The position numbers and the translations under genes are program-made. From contig OZ024741.1 in assembly GCA_964016885.1 (NCBI GenBank), positions 43,710,001 through 43,774,000 of the forward strand: a stretch of DNA of 64,000 nt, given 5' to 3'. How positions within the stretch are numbered: position 1 is the stretch's first letter; every line of letters starts with the position of its first letter. Positions 26,636 to 40,443 of this stretch are shown piece by piece. The notes beneath the pieces are model-generated. The model ran no database searches, had not been told where the DNA came from, and saw only the letters and a program-made list of their open reading frames with translations. The DNA is from Eledone cirrhosa. Taxonomy: Eukaryota.

Positions 26636-29600
26636 CCTTGAATCTCAGTCATTGATGTTGGTTAACTGGAAAGTCCGTTGGATTGAATATCAAGCCACTA
26701 CCTGCAGCCTCAGATATTCAGGACGTATCGGAGGGTTTTTGCTGTTCCAAGCAAGCATGCTTTTGAAGCGTTCCAAAAAGCGTGAAGGGGCCGATTTTCT
26801 TTAACCATCCCTGGAAACTTTTGGAGATAGTCCCCAGTGCGCCTATGACAATCGGGATCACTTTGACTTCATGGCAGTTCCAAATCCTTTTCACCTCCTA
26901 CTTTAGGTCCTGGTATCGGTTAATTTTCTCCCTCTCCTTCTCTTGCACTCTCGTGTCGAACGGGCAGGCTACATCCGCAATCAGACACGATCTTTTTTCT
27001 TTGTCCACAACCACCAGGTCAGGTCTATTGTGTTCCAGTTTTTTGTCCGTCTGTATCCTAAAATCCCACAGCACCTTCACCTGATTGTTCTCCATCACCG
27101 CCTCTGGCCTATGCTCATACCATTTCTCAGAATGTGGTAAATTGTTTACTTTGCACAGGTGCCAGTGGATCACCCTGCCCATCACATCGTGTCTCCAGCC
27201 CTTATAGTGGGTCTGGGCTAGGTGTTTACACTCGGACACAATGTGAGCCACAGTCTCCTCTCTCTCTCCACAGATCCTGCACAGTGGGCTAGCCTCCTCC
27301 TTGTAGATATGGTGCTTCAACCACTTCCTTTTGAAGGCCTGCTCCTGCGCAGCCATTAGCATTCCTTCTGTAGCCTTTTTGAGGTCTCCTCTTCTCAACC
27401 AGTTCCATGTCTGTGGATCTCTAAATTCAGTTTTCTCAAAGAAGGTACTATGAAGGGATTTTTCCTTAAGGCTGCTCTTCCTCCTTGATGTTATTTCCTC
27501 CTTGGACATCCCCTGGCCTACTGTCCCCTCCTTCAGTACAGTTCTGAGCATTGGCTCCTTACTATAGGTCACGTATTTGTATAGGTTGTTTTTCTCCATC
27601 TGAACACAGTCCTCTATGCTGATAAGACCTCTTCCACCCTCAGATCTCCTTAGGTAGAGTCTATCGACATCACTCTTCTTGTGGAACATGTTGTAGTTAG
27701 TCAATAGCTTCCTAGTCTTCCTATCCATTTCTTTTTGTTCAGCAACATTCCATCTCAGAATTCCCGCACTGTACCTAATAATAGACACAGCTCGGGAATT
27801 TAGTGCGCTTATGGCATTTCTGCTGTTCAGATGTGACTTCAATACGCTCCTTACTCTCCGAATGTATTCAGTTCTTAACAATTCCTTCATTTTTTTGTTC
27901 TTTATGCCATCAGCCTCCAGAACGCCCAAATACTTGTATCCTTCCTCAGAGTCAATTTCCTTTATCATCTCACCTGTTGTTATCTGGATCCCGTTACTTC
28001 TGCTCAACCTACCCCTCTTCATCACAATGACTCCACATTTACCAATACCAAACTGCATACATATATCACTGCTGAAAATACGGACAGTGTCAACAAGCAC
28101 ATCCAACTCCTTCTCACTTTTCCCGAAGAGCTTAAGATCGTACATGAAGAGGAGGTGATTGATGGTAAGCTCTCCCCTTCCCAACTTGTATCCTGCTCTC
28201 ACTTTTCGCAGCATAATGGTCAAGGGCATCAGGGCAAGGACAAACAACAGAGGGGACAGGCTATCTCCCTGGAAGATACCTCTCTTGATCTTCACGCTTC
28301 CCAAGGATACTCCAGTTGATGTCAACTCTGTCTCCCAGGACCCCATACTCCTGCCTAGTAACTGTTTGATGTTATCTGCCACCCTGAAGATCTCCAGGCT
28401 TTTGGTGATCCAGGAATGAGGCACCATGTCAAATGCCTTTCTGTAGTCTATCCATCCCATGGCAAGATCAGTGTGTCTCCTCCTGCAATTCACCATTACC
28501 ATCTTATCAATAAGTAACTGGTCCTTTGTACCACGTGACTTCTTTCGGCATCCTTTCTGTTCGTCCGGTAACAAGTTGTTTGTGTGGAGGTGATGGTAGA
28601 TTTCCTCAGACACAATGCTCGTCAACAGTTTCCACATTACGGACAGACATGTGATAGGTCTATAGTTGGTAACATCATTACCCTTGATTCGGTCTTTCAT
28701 TATCAGAACTGTGGTACCTTTTGTCAACCACTCTGGCACCTCACCCGACACCAAGCAGTCATTGAACATGGCCGTCAGCTTCGGGTGGAGGGATGTTAAA
28801 TGTTTAATTCAATACCCCTGCACACCATCTGGGCCTGGTGATTTCCAGTTGGTTAGTTTTTTGGCCTGCCCCTTAAGAGTTTCAACTGTGATACTCAAAT
28901 CAGTTTGTTGTTGTGCCTGCTCACCGATCTCCCTCTGTACTGTCTCAATCCACCCTGCCTGGGCATTGTGTCTAACATCATGCTCCCATATTCCTCTCCA
29001 GAACGTTTTAGTTTGCTCCGCCCCAGGGATCAAGTCGTTGCCTCTCTCTTTCCCCTCAAGCTGTCCAAACAGCATCTTCTGGTTGTTGTCGAACATGCGG
29101 TTCTGTTTATACTGACTGACTCTGTTCTCGTATCGCCTGATTTTTGCACACTTTGCTACAATGCGTTGCTTCAGTTCCTCTATGATAATATTTAGCTTTT
29201 TCCTCCTAGTTTTGTATTTTATTTCCAGTCTATTTTTAGTGCCTATTATTTTTAGTGTCCCATTCAGTAGTGACTCAAGCTTTCCTATGTCATTTCTCAT
29301 TTCCCCGATTTGCCCACTCAGTCGCTTCTTCCACCACGGCTCTGCTCTTTCTTGTCTGTTGTTTCCTCTCGCTTTTATACCAAGTAGTTTCCTCACCGTA
29401 TTTGCTGTTGCTTTGAGGATATTGTTGCACTGGTGAAGGCTCCTCGCCTCAAGGTATGGGATGACTTTGTTTACCTTAGCTGTTGTTTCTTTTAACTTGT
29501 TCCTGTCTACAAACCTTAGGTTCATAGGTCTACCACTATCATTGTTCAATTCATCTACCACTAAATTTAGGATGTCAACCGAATCTTGTCCTAGCCCGTC

Positions 29601-30007
29601 AGCATTCATCTCCTCAGTGGCCGTATCTCTGTTCCAGGTATTATTTATCTCAGTATTCAGATCATTGTCTGCTTCGGGTGGTTCCTCCGTTCTCAGGACC
29701 TCTTCACCTTCATTTCCCACTGGCTCGCTTGTCTGGCATACTACACCCGCCATCTCCAAGCCATTCTCTCTGCTCAGTTCCTCCAGTTCCAGCTCGCTTA
29801 TCCATCCATTAGTTCTTATTACCCGAGCCTGCCCGGCCAATTTTTGTTCATCTAATTTAAATAAACCAATCTCGTTCCAGATGTTATGCATCCGTCTCCT
29901 GTAGCCCCTCTCCTTGGGGTTACTTTTCAGGTAACATTGCATAACAGTTCTATTCAATTCTTTCGTCCAGTTGGTTCTGGCCCCTTTCCTTCTTCTCCTT
30001 CCTCCAA

Positions 30008-30008
<1 letters not shown>
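26636..30008 (-). mobile_element. R4/Dong-type REL LINE (family F), near full-length, two Trp-to-stop changes
   Basis: ORFs 28809-29957 and 26898-28769 are in frame. Motifs KSPGPDGV, YRPITCL, IDYRKAFD, GIFQGDSLSP, FMYD (FMDD in the other copy), CRIC..HIVSEC, RHD, RPDLVV. (TAA)n flanks. Confidence 0.93.
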
Positions 30009-30071
<63 letters not shown>

Positions 30072-30077
30072 GTTATT

Positions 30078-30229
30078 ACCCTTTGAGTCTCAGTCATTGA
30101 TGTTAGTTAACTGGAAAGTTTGTCGAGATGAATATCAAGCCACTACCTGCAGCCTCAGATATTCAGGACGTATCGGAGGCTTCTTGCTGTTCCCAGCAAG
30201 CATGCCTTTTGAAGCGTTCCAAAAAGCGT
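30078..30229 (-). mobile_element. Short 3' fragment of family F LINE
   Basis: Matches 26636-26782; adjoins (ATT)n at 30009-30077. Confidence 0.85.
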
Positions 30230-30231
30230 AA

Positions 30232-30412
30232 TCTTCTTCTTCTTCTTCTTCTTCTTCTTCTTCTTCTTCTTCTTCTTCTTCTTCTTCTTCTTCTTCTTCT
30301 TCTTCTTCTTCTTCTTCTTCTTCTTCTTCTTCTTCTTCTTCTTCTTCTTCTTCTTCTTCTTCTTCTTCTTCTTCTTCTTCTTCTTCTTCTTCTTCTTCTT
30401 CTTCTTCTTCTT
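30232..30412. repeat. (TTC)n, probably the (GAA)n tail of the adjacent RTE
   Basis: Read directly; the same arrangement occurs at 33546-33618. Confidence 0.95.
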
Positions 30413-31050
30413 CGCCCACTTATTCCTTTGAGTCTCATGGGGGCAGAGTTATCAAACACTCCTTCCAACGGGTCCTCTCAGAAGCTCATAAGCAACTGCC
30501 TTCAATTGATCCGGCTGGATCCCAAAGTCAGACCAGCCAAGCTCATCGATGTTATCCTACCATCTTGCTCGGGGTCTACACCTGGGTCTCCTATCGGTTG
30601 GTTTTGCTCGTAAAATCTGTCCAGCGATTGTTGCTGAGACCTTCTAACCACATGCCCATAGTAACGGAAGTGTGACCTCTCAATTCGGAGACGTAGTGGC
30701 TCTTCCTGGAATTATTCTCTACTCTCCGACTTACGCCCTTTATTGAGTAACGTTACTCCTAGGACCCTTCGCAGGAACCACATTTCGGCCACATTAATTT
30801 GCGATCGTATTCTTTCATCCGTCATTACACAAAATTTTGACCATAGGTAAGGGTTGGCACAAAAGCCGAATTGAAGATAGCGAGTTCAGCTCTTACACCT
30901 ATCTCACCTCTGATTACTGAATGCTGAAGCTGGCGCTTTACTACACAAGCTCCTCAATACTTGCAATCAATTCAATTCAGCCTCCTACCTTCTATCCCTC
31001 GTGAACACGGCGCCGAGATACTTAAACTTCTCTACCTGCTTCAGTGAGCA
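30413..31050 (-). mobile_element. RTE-clade (Expander/Rex3-like) LINE 3' fragment
   Basis: Minus strand VEKFKYLGAVFT..FVPTLTYG..AEMWFLRRVLGVTLL..LRIERSHFRYYGHVVR. Confidence 0.8.
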
Positions 31051-32598
31051 ATGTTATTTAGTTCCATTTTTATTTTACGGATTTTGAGAAAAAAGAATTG
31101 CGATCTTGAATAATGTAGCTAAATATGTGGCAAGGCCCTGACAAAAATGGTTTTTATCAAAGATCTGCTCAATCAAGGCTAACCTGTAGTTAAATAAAGA
31201 CAGTTATATTATTATTTCGTCGGTTGTAGTGAACGTCGTCACACAAAAATTAAACATCTTCTCCGCATGTCTTTGATTAAGTATCGACTCCCAGCAAGTT
31301 CCAATACGCCGAGAACATCTCTGTAGGAAAAGTAACAGCTGTTAATTGCATTAACGTCTTAATATTCCAACAGGCGAAAGGCCAGCACTGTTGCTTTTTA
31401 TATAATCTGCGGTCTCATTAGTGTAAAGAATGGCTCTTAGAGAGGAAAGGCTGCATAGTCTAATTATCAAATTCTTCACCACACGAATGAGCTTTTGGGG
31501 TTTTGACCTACGGTGTGACATTTCTGAAAAGTGACTCTTGCTATAGTTTCGGCCTGTTGAGAATAAAATTAGGAAGTTGTATTAAAACTTGGATCGATTC
31601 TACTTTAATTCAAACCGCCATCCTTGTTACACACTCTAACCAGGAATCTCAATTTGAATAATGGATGGAAATATGGATGCAATGAATGGAAGGGGATTGT
31701 TAAACCATCTGCTAAACCAGTGGAACGATAAAGATGTTTGAGTAACCACAATCCCAATTCAGATCTCAGTAAAGTCATATTGCAATTATTTGCATTACAT
31801 CCTCTTATATAAAACCAAAAACATAATTTCTTGTATCTGACTTCTCCCATTCAATAATGTTAATATCCTTTATTCCTATCTCAGGTATACTTAGCTATTA
31901 TTTCGTTGTTCTGCAGGTATGTTTTCGGCTGAATTGTTGATATTTTCGTTTATGGGTGTTTAGTTCCTTTGTATTCGGACCTGGTGTACATGTATAGATT
32001 TATTTACCATTTTAGAAACTAGTTTATATCAATGGACTCATTTATTGTTAATTTGTTTTTCTTTCATTAATTGATTTTTTTTCCAATCTCAATTGTGTTA
32101 GCCCTCCCAATGCGCTGGGAATCACAGAACACAATGCACTGGAACAACACTATATATAATTCTATTTCTCGCAGTTGTATAATTTGCAGATGTTTACCAC
32201 AAACGTTTTCCTTTTGTTGCCCTTCTTCATGTACTCGGACACTATCACCTGCTGTTGTTGTTGTTATTACTTTCATCCATATGGCTCATTTTGTAATAGC
32301 AATATCATAGTAGTAGTAGTAGTAGTAGTAGTAGTAGCTGCAGCTGGATGGTAACGGGGAGTTATGTTTATAGTTTTCTAATTATAATGTTATTTATTTG
32401 CGAGGGGATTTTTAATAATATAAACATATCTGTTTGTGAAATATCATGCCGAATATCGAATTACGCTTTACCTTAACTGCATACGTGTATATGCCCCCAT
32501 TTAACAGATCTGCCTAATAGCAATATATATATATATATGCCAGTGCTACATATAACACACATACACACACACGTACACACACACACACATACACACAT

Positions 32599-32638
<40 letters not shown>

Positions 32639-32732
32639 AATGTGTGTGTTTGTATGTATATATGTATATATGTGTATATATATAGTGAGAAATAATAAGG
32701 AGTGGAATAAATGATAAGAGAACTAGAGAGAG

Positions 32733-32856
<124 letters not shown>

Positions 32857-32857
32857 T

Positions 32858-32944
<87 letters not shown>

Positions 32945-33544
32945 GTATATATATACAAATATATATATATTAATTCAGGGAGCAATTGAAAAGAGCGAAG
33001 AACGAATAACTCGAAGGTAAGTGAAAATCAGTCAAATAAAAAAAATATTTTTGCAAATAAATTCTGCAATATAATAATTGTATTAATAAACACATGCAAA
33101 ATCACAAGTGAATCAATAAGCATATCTGACTTGATAAATGGGTGCAAATCGTGTTTGAATGAAAACACATGAATTTCATTAAATATATTTACACAATTCT
33201 CAGAGTCGTTATATTTCTCTCAATTGATATACCTTGTTTATATTCTAGTGTTAAAAAACGTGTATACATGAATGCTTAGTTGTAAGTTCACAAAGGGTTT
33301 ACAGACGTGTAAATATGAAAATATCATTTGCTCTGCTAGACGGTGGGACAAAAGGGAAAACAGCCTCACCCAAATCCCGGTTAGAGCCAGCCAAGTTAAA
33401 GATCTCCCTATCCCGATGCTATGTTTTAAAAATAAGGTATACTCTTATGCAAAAGAAAGGGTCATGATCTTAGAAATAAAGGTGTATTTAACAAAATGTT
33501 TAAAAATTTATCAAAAATATGGTTCTTTAGTGTCATCAGTTGTC

Positions 33545-33545
<1 letters not shown>

Positions 33546-33575
<30 letters not shown>

Positions 33576-33870
33576 CTTCTTCTTCTTCTTCTTCTTCTTC
33601 TTCTTCTTCTTCTTCTTCATATTCGTGAGAGGTTCGTGAGAGGTTCGTGGGGACAGAATCATCAAAGACTCCTTTTAGAGGCTCCTATCAGAAGCAAACT
33701 TCTCCAACTGATCCAGAGGAGTCCAGTCAAGCTGATGGATGTTATCCAACCATGTGATCTCTTCGATTCTGTGCTGGGTGTTCGTGTTAAGCGAGGTCCT
33801 CGAATGTCAACTCATCACCATGTAGCTATCTGCAAATTGCCGGTGGAGAAAATGTCGCAACATGTGACAT
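33546..33870. mobile_element. RTE remnant: minus-strand 3' end plus inverted APE fragment
   Basis: 33650-33752 is homologous to 30440-30563. Plus strand DSVLGVRVKRGPRMSTHHHVAIC resembles the end of the RTE APE domain. Confidence 0.6.
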
Positions 33871-34598
33871 TCTAGATGAGAGGCCTACCCATATGGAACG
33901 GAAATGTCGTCATGTCGCCTGATATTTCTCCGTCCCTTCGTTCTTGCCTCGATGTCTCGAGCTGTGATCGTGAGTCTGCGGTGTCGAGTTGAGGGCATGT
34001 TTTATGATCACGTTGAAAACAGCATGGCGTGAGAGGCGACCAGCACTATAACGGCATGATAATGTTTAGAGACAGAAAGGATCCACAGTGGAACGGGAGC
34101 TGCATCTGTGAGGCTCACAGAGTTGGAGGCTGAGTTTCAGGGAAACACCGATTCGCAAGTGGGTAAAATATCGGGTGGGCGTCAGTCAATAATGTACAAT
34201 CTACTCGTCAGTTTTTCGAAATCCCGAAGCCTGGACGTAATGATGGAGTGAATGAAAGTGGGAGTGTCAGCGATCACACTCACATACCAACACACACACA
34301 GACACACACACAGACACACACACACACACACACGCGCGCGCATCGCGCATTCACACACTCATACACACACACACATACAAACATCCACACACTACCACAT
34401 TGAGCAGTTATCTTGCAGCGAGGTAGAAACGATTGTATATCGATTCGATGTAAATTGTTATATATATATATATCTGTGTGTGTGTGTATGTACGTGTGTG
34501 TTTGTGTGTATTGTGTGTGTGTGTTTGTGTCTGTATATTGATATGTGGGTAACATTTCTACCGTGGCGCCAAACGGTTTTAGCTTTTGTGTTTATATA

Positions 34599-35087
34599 CA
34601 GGGTGGGTTAAAAGGAACTTCCCATTGAAAGTTATTTACAACTATTGGCCTACTGTGACAACTCGGACAACATCATGCTGGTGCCCCATGTCATTTTACC
34701 CCAATGTCCAGAAGTGGGTTGATGTCAAATTTTCAGGACATTGGCTGGGGGTGTCTAGCTCTACATGAATAGCCAGCAAGGAACCCTGACTCAACGCTAT
34801 ACGATTTCCTCCTGTGGGGTTGTATGAGATAAAACTCCAAACCTTGTCTCAATTTGATGAATGCAGTCCTCATATACTGACCAACATACCGCCTGAGTTC
34901 CTGATGAAGTCGGGATATACGCGGACAATTACAAATAGTGGTGGACAACGTTAGAGGTTATGTAGAATTTTAACACAGTACTCCATTTCTACTATTATAC
35001 TGTTCCATATAAAATATGTTTATGAAAGTTTACTAATAATTAATAAAGTTATTAACGATTTCAAGGAGTTACTTTCCGCCAACCCGG
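34599..35087 (+). mobile_element. Tc1/mariner-superfamily remnant (DD37D-like)
   Basis: TA-CAGGGTGG start and degenerate CCAACCCGG-TA end. Internal GAPCHF, WVDVKFSGHWLG and PARNPD..YDFLLWG resemble QDGAP.H and WPARSPDL.P.DFFLWG. Confidence 0.75.
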
Positions 35088-36949
35088 TATATTACTGTGC
35101 GTATGTGAAAGAATCTGCGGGTGTTTGTACATTGAAAATGACCATTAATGTCGACCTCATGACTTGAAGTATTTGACAGAATACTGTGAAATCTCCGACT
35201 ACCCCTTCAGGTTTTGCTCTCTTTTTTCTTGTCTCTCTCTCTGGTTTCTTCTTCAGTTTCATTCTACTGTTTAAATAAAATTTCAAAGCAACGCCAATGA
35301 TAAAAATTGTCACTAAATAAAGTAGCTGCTAAACTGGAAGTAATGTTTGTTTTGGTATATTGTGTATTTTGATACAATATACTGTAGTCTTACCATAAAT
35401 GTAATTTAATTGCTGAATTTTGATATCTAATCCTGGCAGTAAAACATACCTTAAAAGCTATTAACACTTTTCATGTCAAACCACCTGAAATTAGCTCTAC
35501 AACGTTTGTTTTAAAAAGTTTATATTCATATAAAAACATTCCATCAACATTTTATCGTCGATTTTTTAAGTTATGTTCCAAACAAGAGCTTCATAAAATA
35601 TTTTAAGATGGAACAGTGAGTTGCATTAAGAATAATGCTTACATTTCCTACCGCTATGGTGCCGAATACTTATAAAGACACAGTAGTAGCAGTGTTTGAT
35701 AGATGACGTCTTAATTTGTTTGTTAATCCTATTAATAGAAAAAAATACTTATAAAACGATAGATATAGAAACGTCTATGAAAACCTTGGCTGATCTGAAA
35801 ACGTAAACTATATGAGTAAGAATAACATATATTCAACATTATTTATTCGTTCGGTCCTATTCTAAATTATTGTGATATATCATTACATTCAAGGTGCCCT
35901 TCAGACAACTTCCCAACAACCCAGACCCCACTAAGTGTTTTTAATGGAAATGAGTCAGTGGCATTTGCCGAAAAGTGGGTGTTCTTTCTCCTTCACTTTC
36001 CCTCGTCATATTTCTAATTAATTCGTTGGGAGACATTCTGAAATCTCTCCAGGATAGTCATGGAATGCTGAAACTATATAGCAATAAATCATGTAGTATC
36101 ACATACTACAAAGCAATAAATATGAAGACCAGGGTTGTTCCAAATATTTTACAACAAGGGAAGCCGAATGACGCCGACCTCTTAAGAGTCCTCAGCGCCG
36201 AGACAAGCTTGGTGGAACCTGGCAAAGCTGAAGGATGCCGGCAATCCTTTGATCGTTGACGCAGAAGAGAGCTAGGCAGACCTTGGCCAAGCCGAAGGAC
36301 GCATCTGTATTCTATCTTTTGGCTATCAAACGAAACAAAAACTAATCACAAACGTCTTTGCATATAAGACCCATGTTATTTTTCAGTGATTTTGGTGGGG
36401 AGAGCTCTTATATGCAATAAGATCTGGTACACGGATTTTAATTACTGCCGCATAAGATTCGTAACATTTTTTTGCTCTTCACAGATTATTGTAGATACAT
36501 ATGGCTGCTTACAACTTCCAAGCTTTCCCAATCCTTTCTATTGTTTCATGAGAAATGAAACAAATTTTGCAATGAGCCCCATAATTCCTAAAAGAAAGAC
36601 CCATTGCGTTTCGATCTTATGTTGTCGTCTCTATCTACAAATGCCATACGACTCCGAGTCAAGATTGTCTTATTTACCTCTCAATATGAGACGACTCTCT
36701 ACATTGGATATTGACTATCACTTTGGGTTTGTTTATGAGATTTCTGATTTATTTCTAGATTTGGAGGTTCACCATGCAAACTAAATTCTAAAACAACACG
36801 ATGGATACTTGAAAGCCACTTTGTGTAGCCTGGAAGTGATGAAGCAGAAGCGTAATAAAACAGAACAAAATAATCAGAAGAGCTCATTGCCGTCAATGTT
36901 TATCATTGACAGACCAACGGTCAAAAATTCAGATATAAATATATATATA

Positions 36950-38410
36950 GTCTAACAAAGTTATTTCGTTGCACATCTGCAACATCATCAGTGGTACTAT
37001 TAATATGTTTCCTCCTATTGTGTCGTGTTTACGCCATTTTTATTTTATCTATTTATTTATTCAATTATTTGTCTCCGTCTCTGCGCATGCGTTTGCGTGT
37101 GTGTATAGTGTTTGGCGTGTGTGTTCACGTTTGGGTGTATGTGTTTTGTTTTTTGTATTCTATCTTTGTTTATTAGTCTGTGTTTATATATGTTTGTTGT
37201 TATTGTACTTTTGTATATATTTATTTATTTATTCATTTATTTATATTTCTCTTAAGTCAGTGTTGTTTGTTTGGGTATGGTTGTTATTCCTTTCATTTTT
37301 GGTGTTTAGCTATGGCTTTCTAAGCTCTATTTCGCTCGCTTCTCTGATTTGCCTACCTTTTGGGTCATTTCTACGTTTAGATATTATATTAATTTCTATG
37401 TTGTCTATGTTACCGTCATGTTATCTGGCGTGTTCGTATAGTACTGAACCGTTTTTTTGTCCGTTTAATTCCCCACAGTGTTGGTCTATTCTTTTTTCCC
37501 ATGATTCGAGCTGTCTCATCTATGTATGTCGTTATCATGTTTCTGCAGGTGCCCTCTGTATATCTTATGCTATAGACTACATTTCTAGTTTTACAGTTTA
37601 TCTGAGGGTTTACTTTGCATGTAACACATTTCATATCAGCACAGTGGGTTTTCGTAGAAGGGTATATTTTGCTGATCAGGGATTTTATGGTAGTTCCTAT
37701 CTTTTCTACCACTTTAATCTTTAAGTGGGTCTTTCTTGGGGCCTTTCTACATTGGTTAGCTAATTTCCCTCCAGAGGTAACATCCAATCCACGAATATGA
37801 CACTCTGGCATCTCTGGTTGTCGTACCATGAGGTGGATTTCTCTATCTTATGTTTAGTCCTATCTAAGCTATTCCATGATTTGCTACTGTATAATGGGCA
37901 AATACCTTTCATCTCTTATACTTCTCCGTGGCTCCTTTGTATACTCTTATTCTGTCTCTTAGGTTGTAGCCAGAGAACTGCAGTTATACTCTGGTGTATG
38001 GAGTTAGCTATCTACTGGATGCTTTCCATTGTGCTAAATCATGTTCATTAGTACTCTCTTGTGGGGTGTCCTTATTACTATATTAATATCGTCTGCGTAA
38101 CGAGAGTACATGATGAGGTCTATGGAGCTATCTTCAAGATCTTTGAGTCTCCTTCCACACCATACCATAAAAGGATTGGCAACATCACGAGCTATGCTCC
38201 CTCATGTTAGGTGTAGATCTGTTCATTGAATTTGAATATATGGCCCTTTAGGGTAGTTTTAATACTAGCCCCTATTGCATGCGCGACCACATTCTTCTCA
38301 CCTGATCATTGTTTTGGGGTGTCCGTATTGCTTTGGTCCGCCCATTTGGTCTTCCCATGGGAGTCCTTTTTGCCATTGGGGTTATGGTGTCTGCTGGGTC
38401 AAAAGTAGTC
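36950..38410 (-). mobile_element. PLE family D, second degenerate copy
   Basis: YSRYADDINI near 38100; ORF 37416-37829 has KIKVVEKIGTTIKSLIS..CKTRNVVYSI..YIDETAR. Confidence 0.8.
36954..36995 (-). ncRNA. Type I hammerhead ribozyme (family D pLTR)
   Basis: ACCA CUGAUGA U GUUGCA-gaug-UGCAAC GAAA UAAC UU UGUU; stem II differs from 1578-1620 by compensatory changes. Confidence 0.7.
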
Positions 38411-38629
38411 CATTAAGTCTCATTATTCTATATTTTATTTAATATCATCAGTTGGTGTTTCTCATTTAGTAGCAGTTTTAAACATAAACTGATTTTAAAA
38501 AAAAGCATTTTACTAAGTACACATTTGAGTTGGTAATATTTCTCAGATATTTATATCGTTAGAGGCATATTGGCACTGTGGACATTGAGAACTTCTTACC
38601 AGCAGATACGGCTGTCATCTTGACTGACC

Positions 38630-38678
<49 letters not shown>

Positions 38679-38912
38679 TTAAAAACACACAGATACATGC
38701 GGACACACACATATATACATGAATGCATCCGCACCCAACTGTGAGTTAAGGGTGCCAACTTCACCGATGTTGCTCAATGAATGACTGGGACAGACCAATT
38801 CAGTTGAACCAGACTGAACCAGTATCAAAGTTAAAAATACATTATGAAGAGAGAAGAAACATTTAGATATAATTAGTAATAAAATGTATCATACCTAAAC
38901 TGCTCCTAAATT

Positions 38913-38998
38913 CCTCGACTACGTAGTTTCGTGGCATAAACAAAAACAATATATCAAAGATATAGAGTCCTTGCGAGGTCTGCCGACTTATCAAGAGG
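38913..38998 (-). ncRNA. Type I hammerhead, U3-A8 core variant
   Basis: CCUC UUGAUAA GU(c)GGCA...UGCCAC GAAA CUACGUAG UC GAGG. Confidence 0.8.
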
Positions 38999-39505
38999 AT
39001 ACCTCATTTTACTAGTCTCAAGAACGCGTCTACACGACGTGAGAAAGAATCCCAAAAGGCGGAGGGGGAGATAGTCACGCGATATAACGGTCGAGAAACA
39101 GAGCTAAGCCTCCTATAACCACGAAGAAAATACCACGGAGGCGGAGGGGGTATTCATATCGAGGCCGTAGAAGAGGTGGTGAAGAAGGCGAGAAGTATGA
39201 GTAATGGAAGCTTTCCAGTTGTCCCCACACTTCAAAGATTGCTCGACCAGAGGGAGTTATTAACAATATATTTAGAAACACACAGATACATGCGGACACA
39301 CACATATATACATGAATGCATCCGCACCCAACTGTGAGTTAAGGGTGCCAACTTCACCGATGTTGCTCAATGAATGACTGGGACAGACCAATTCAGTTGA
39401 ACCAGACTGAACCAGTATCAGAGTTAAAAATACATTATGAAGAGAGAAGAAACATTTAGATATAATTAGTAATAAAATGTATCGTACCTAAACTGCTCCT
39501 AAATT

Positions 39506-39591
39506 CCTCGACTACGTAGTTTCGTGGCATAAACAAAAACAATATATCAAAGATATAGAGTCCTTGCGAGGTCTGCCGACTTATCAAGAGG
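39506..39591 (-). ncRNA. Type I hammerhead, U3-A8 core variant (second copy)
   Basis: Identical to 38913-38998, offset by 593 nt. Confidence 0.8.
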
Positions 39592-39685
39592 ATACCTCAT
39601 TTTACTAGTCTCAAGAACGCGTCTACACGACATGATATATATATATATAAGTATAGGTATATGTATGTATGTATATATGTATGTA

Positions 39686-39789
<104 letters not shown>

Positions 39790-40065
39790 TGTGTGTATGT
39801 ATACAATCATATGCGTATATATAAAGAAACGAATACATATTCATTATTGATGTTTGTATGTTGATTTAAAAGCGTGTACATATAGATGGGCAATTTATGC
39901 AAATTTGCAGAACATCGGAATTCGTGCGTACACGCACACACATAAACACACACACATACGCAAATACACACACACACACAAACACACATATACGCACACT
40001 CACACTTAAATATATAATTATATATATACAGACAAGGGCCGCCTATATATATATATCTCTATATA

Positions 40066-40183
<118 letters not shown>

Positions 40184-40250
40184 TATTATATATATATATA
40201 TGTATACTCATACGAGTATATGCATTTACATATATATATATTTATATACA

Positions 40251-40358
<108 letters not shown>

Positions 40359-40443
40359 GGAGGTGAGTTTATTGTAGCACAATAAAGCAATGCAAATATC
40401 TGATAAGTAGCACCTACAGTTTGTAGGACTGGAGTATAAATAA

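Larger units (their letters stand above)
38672..39631 (-). mobile_element. Retrozyme-like non-autonomous element: 367 bp direct repeats, 593 bp period, one HHR per repeat
   Basis: 38672-39038 and 39265-39631 differ at about 3 positions; no credible ORF; flanked by (TA)n. Confidence 0.8.

Noticed and set aside
39075-39305. 76 aa ORF inside the retrozyme-like monomer
   Set aside because: Starts in a (TG)-rich tract and has no recognisable motif; 593 is not a multiple of 3, so no simple endless rolling ORF.
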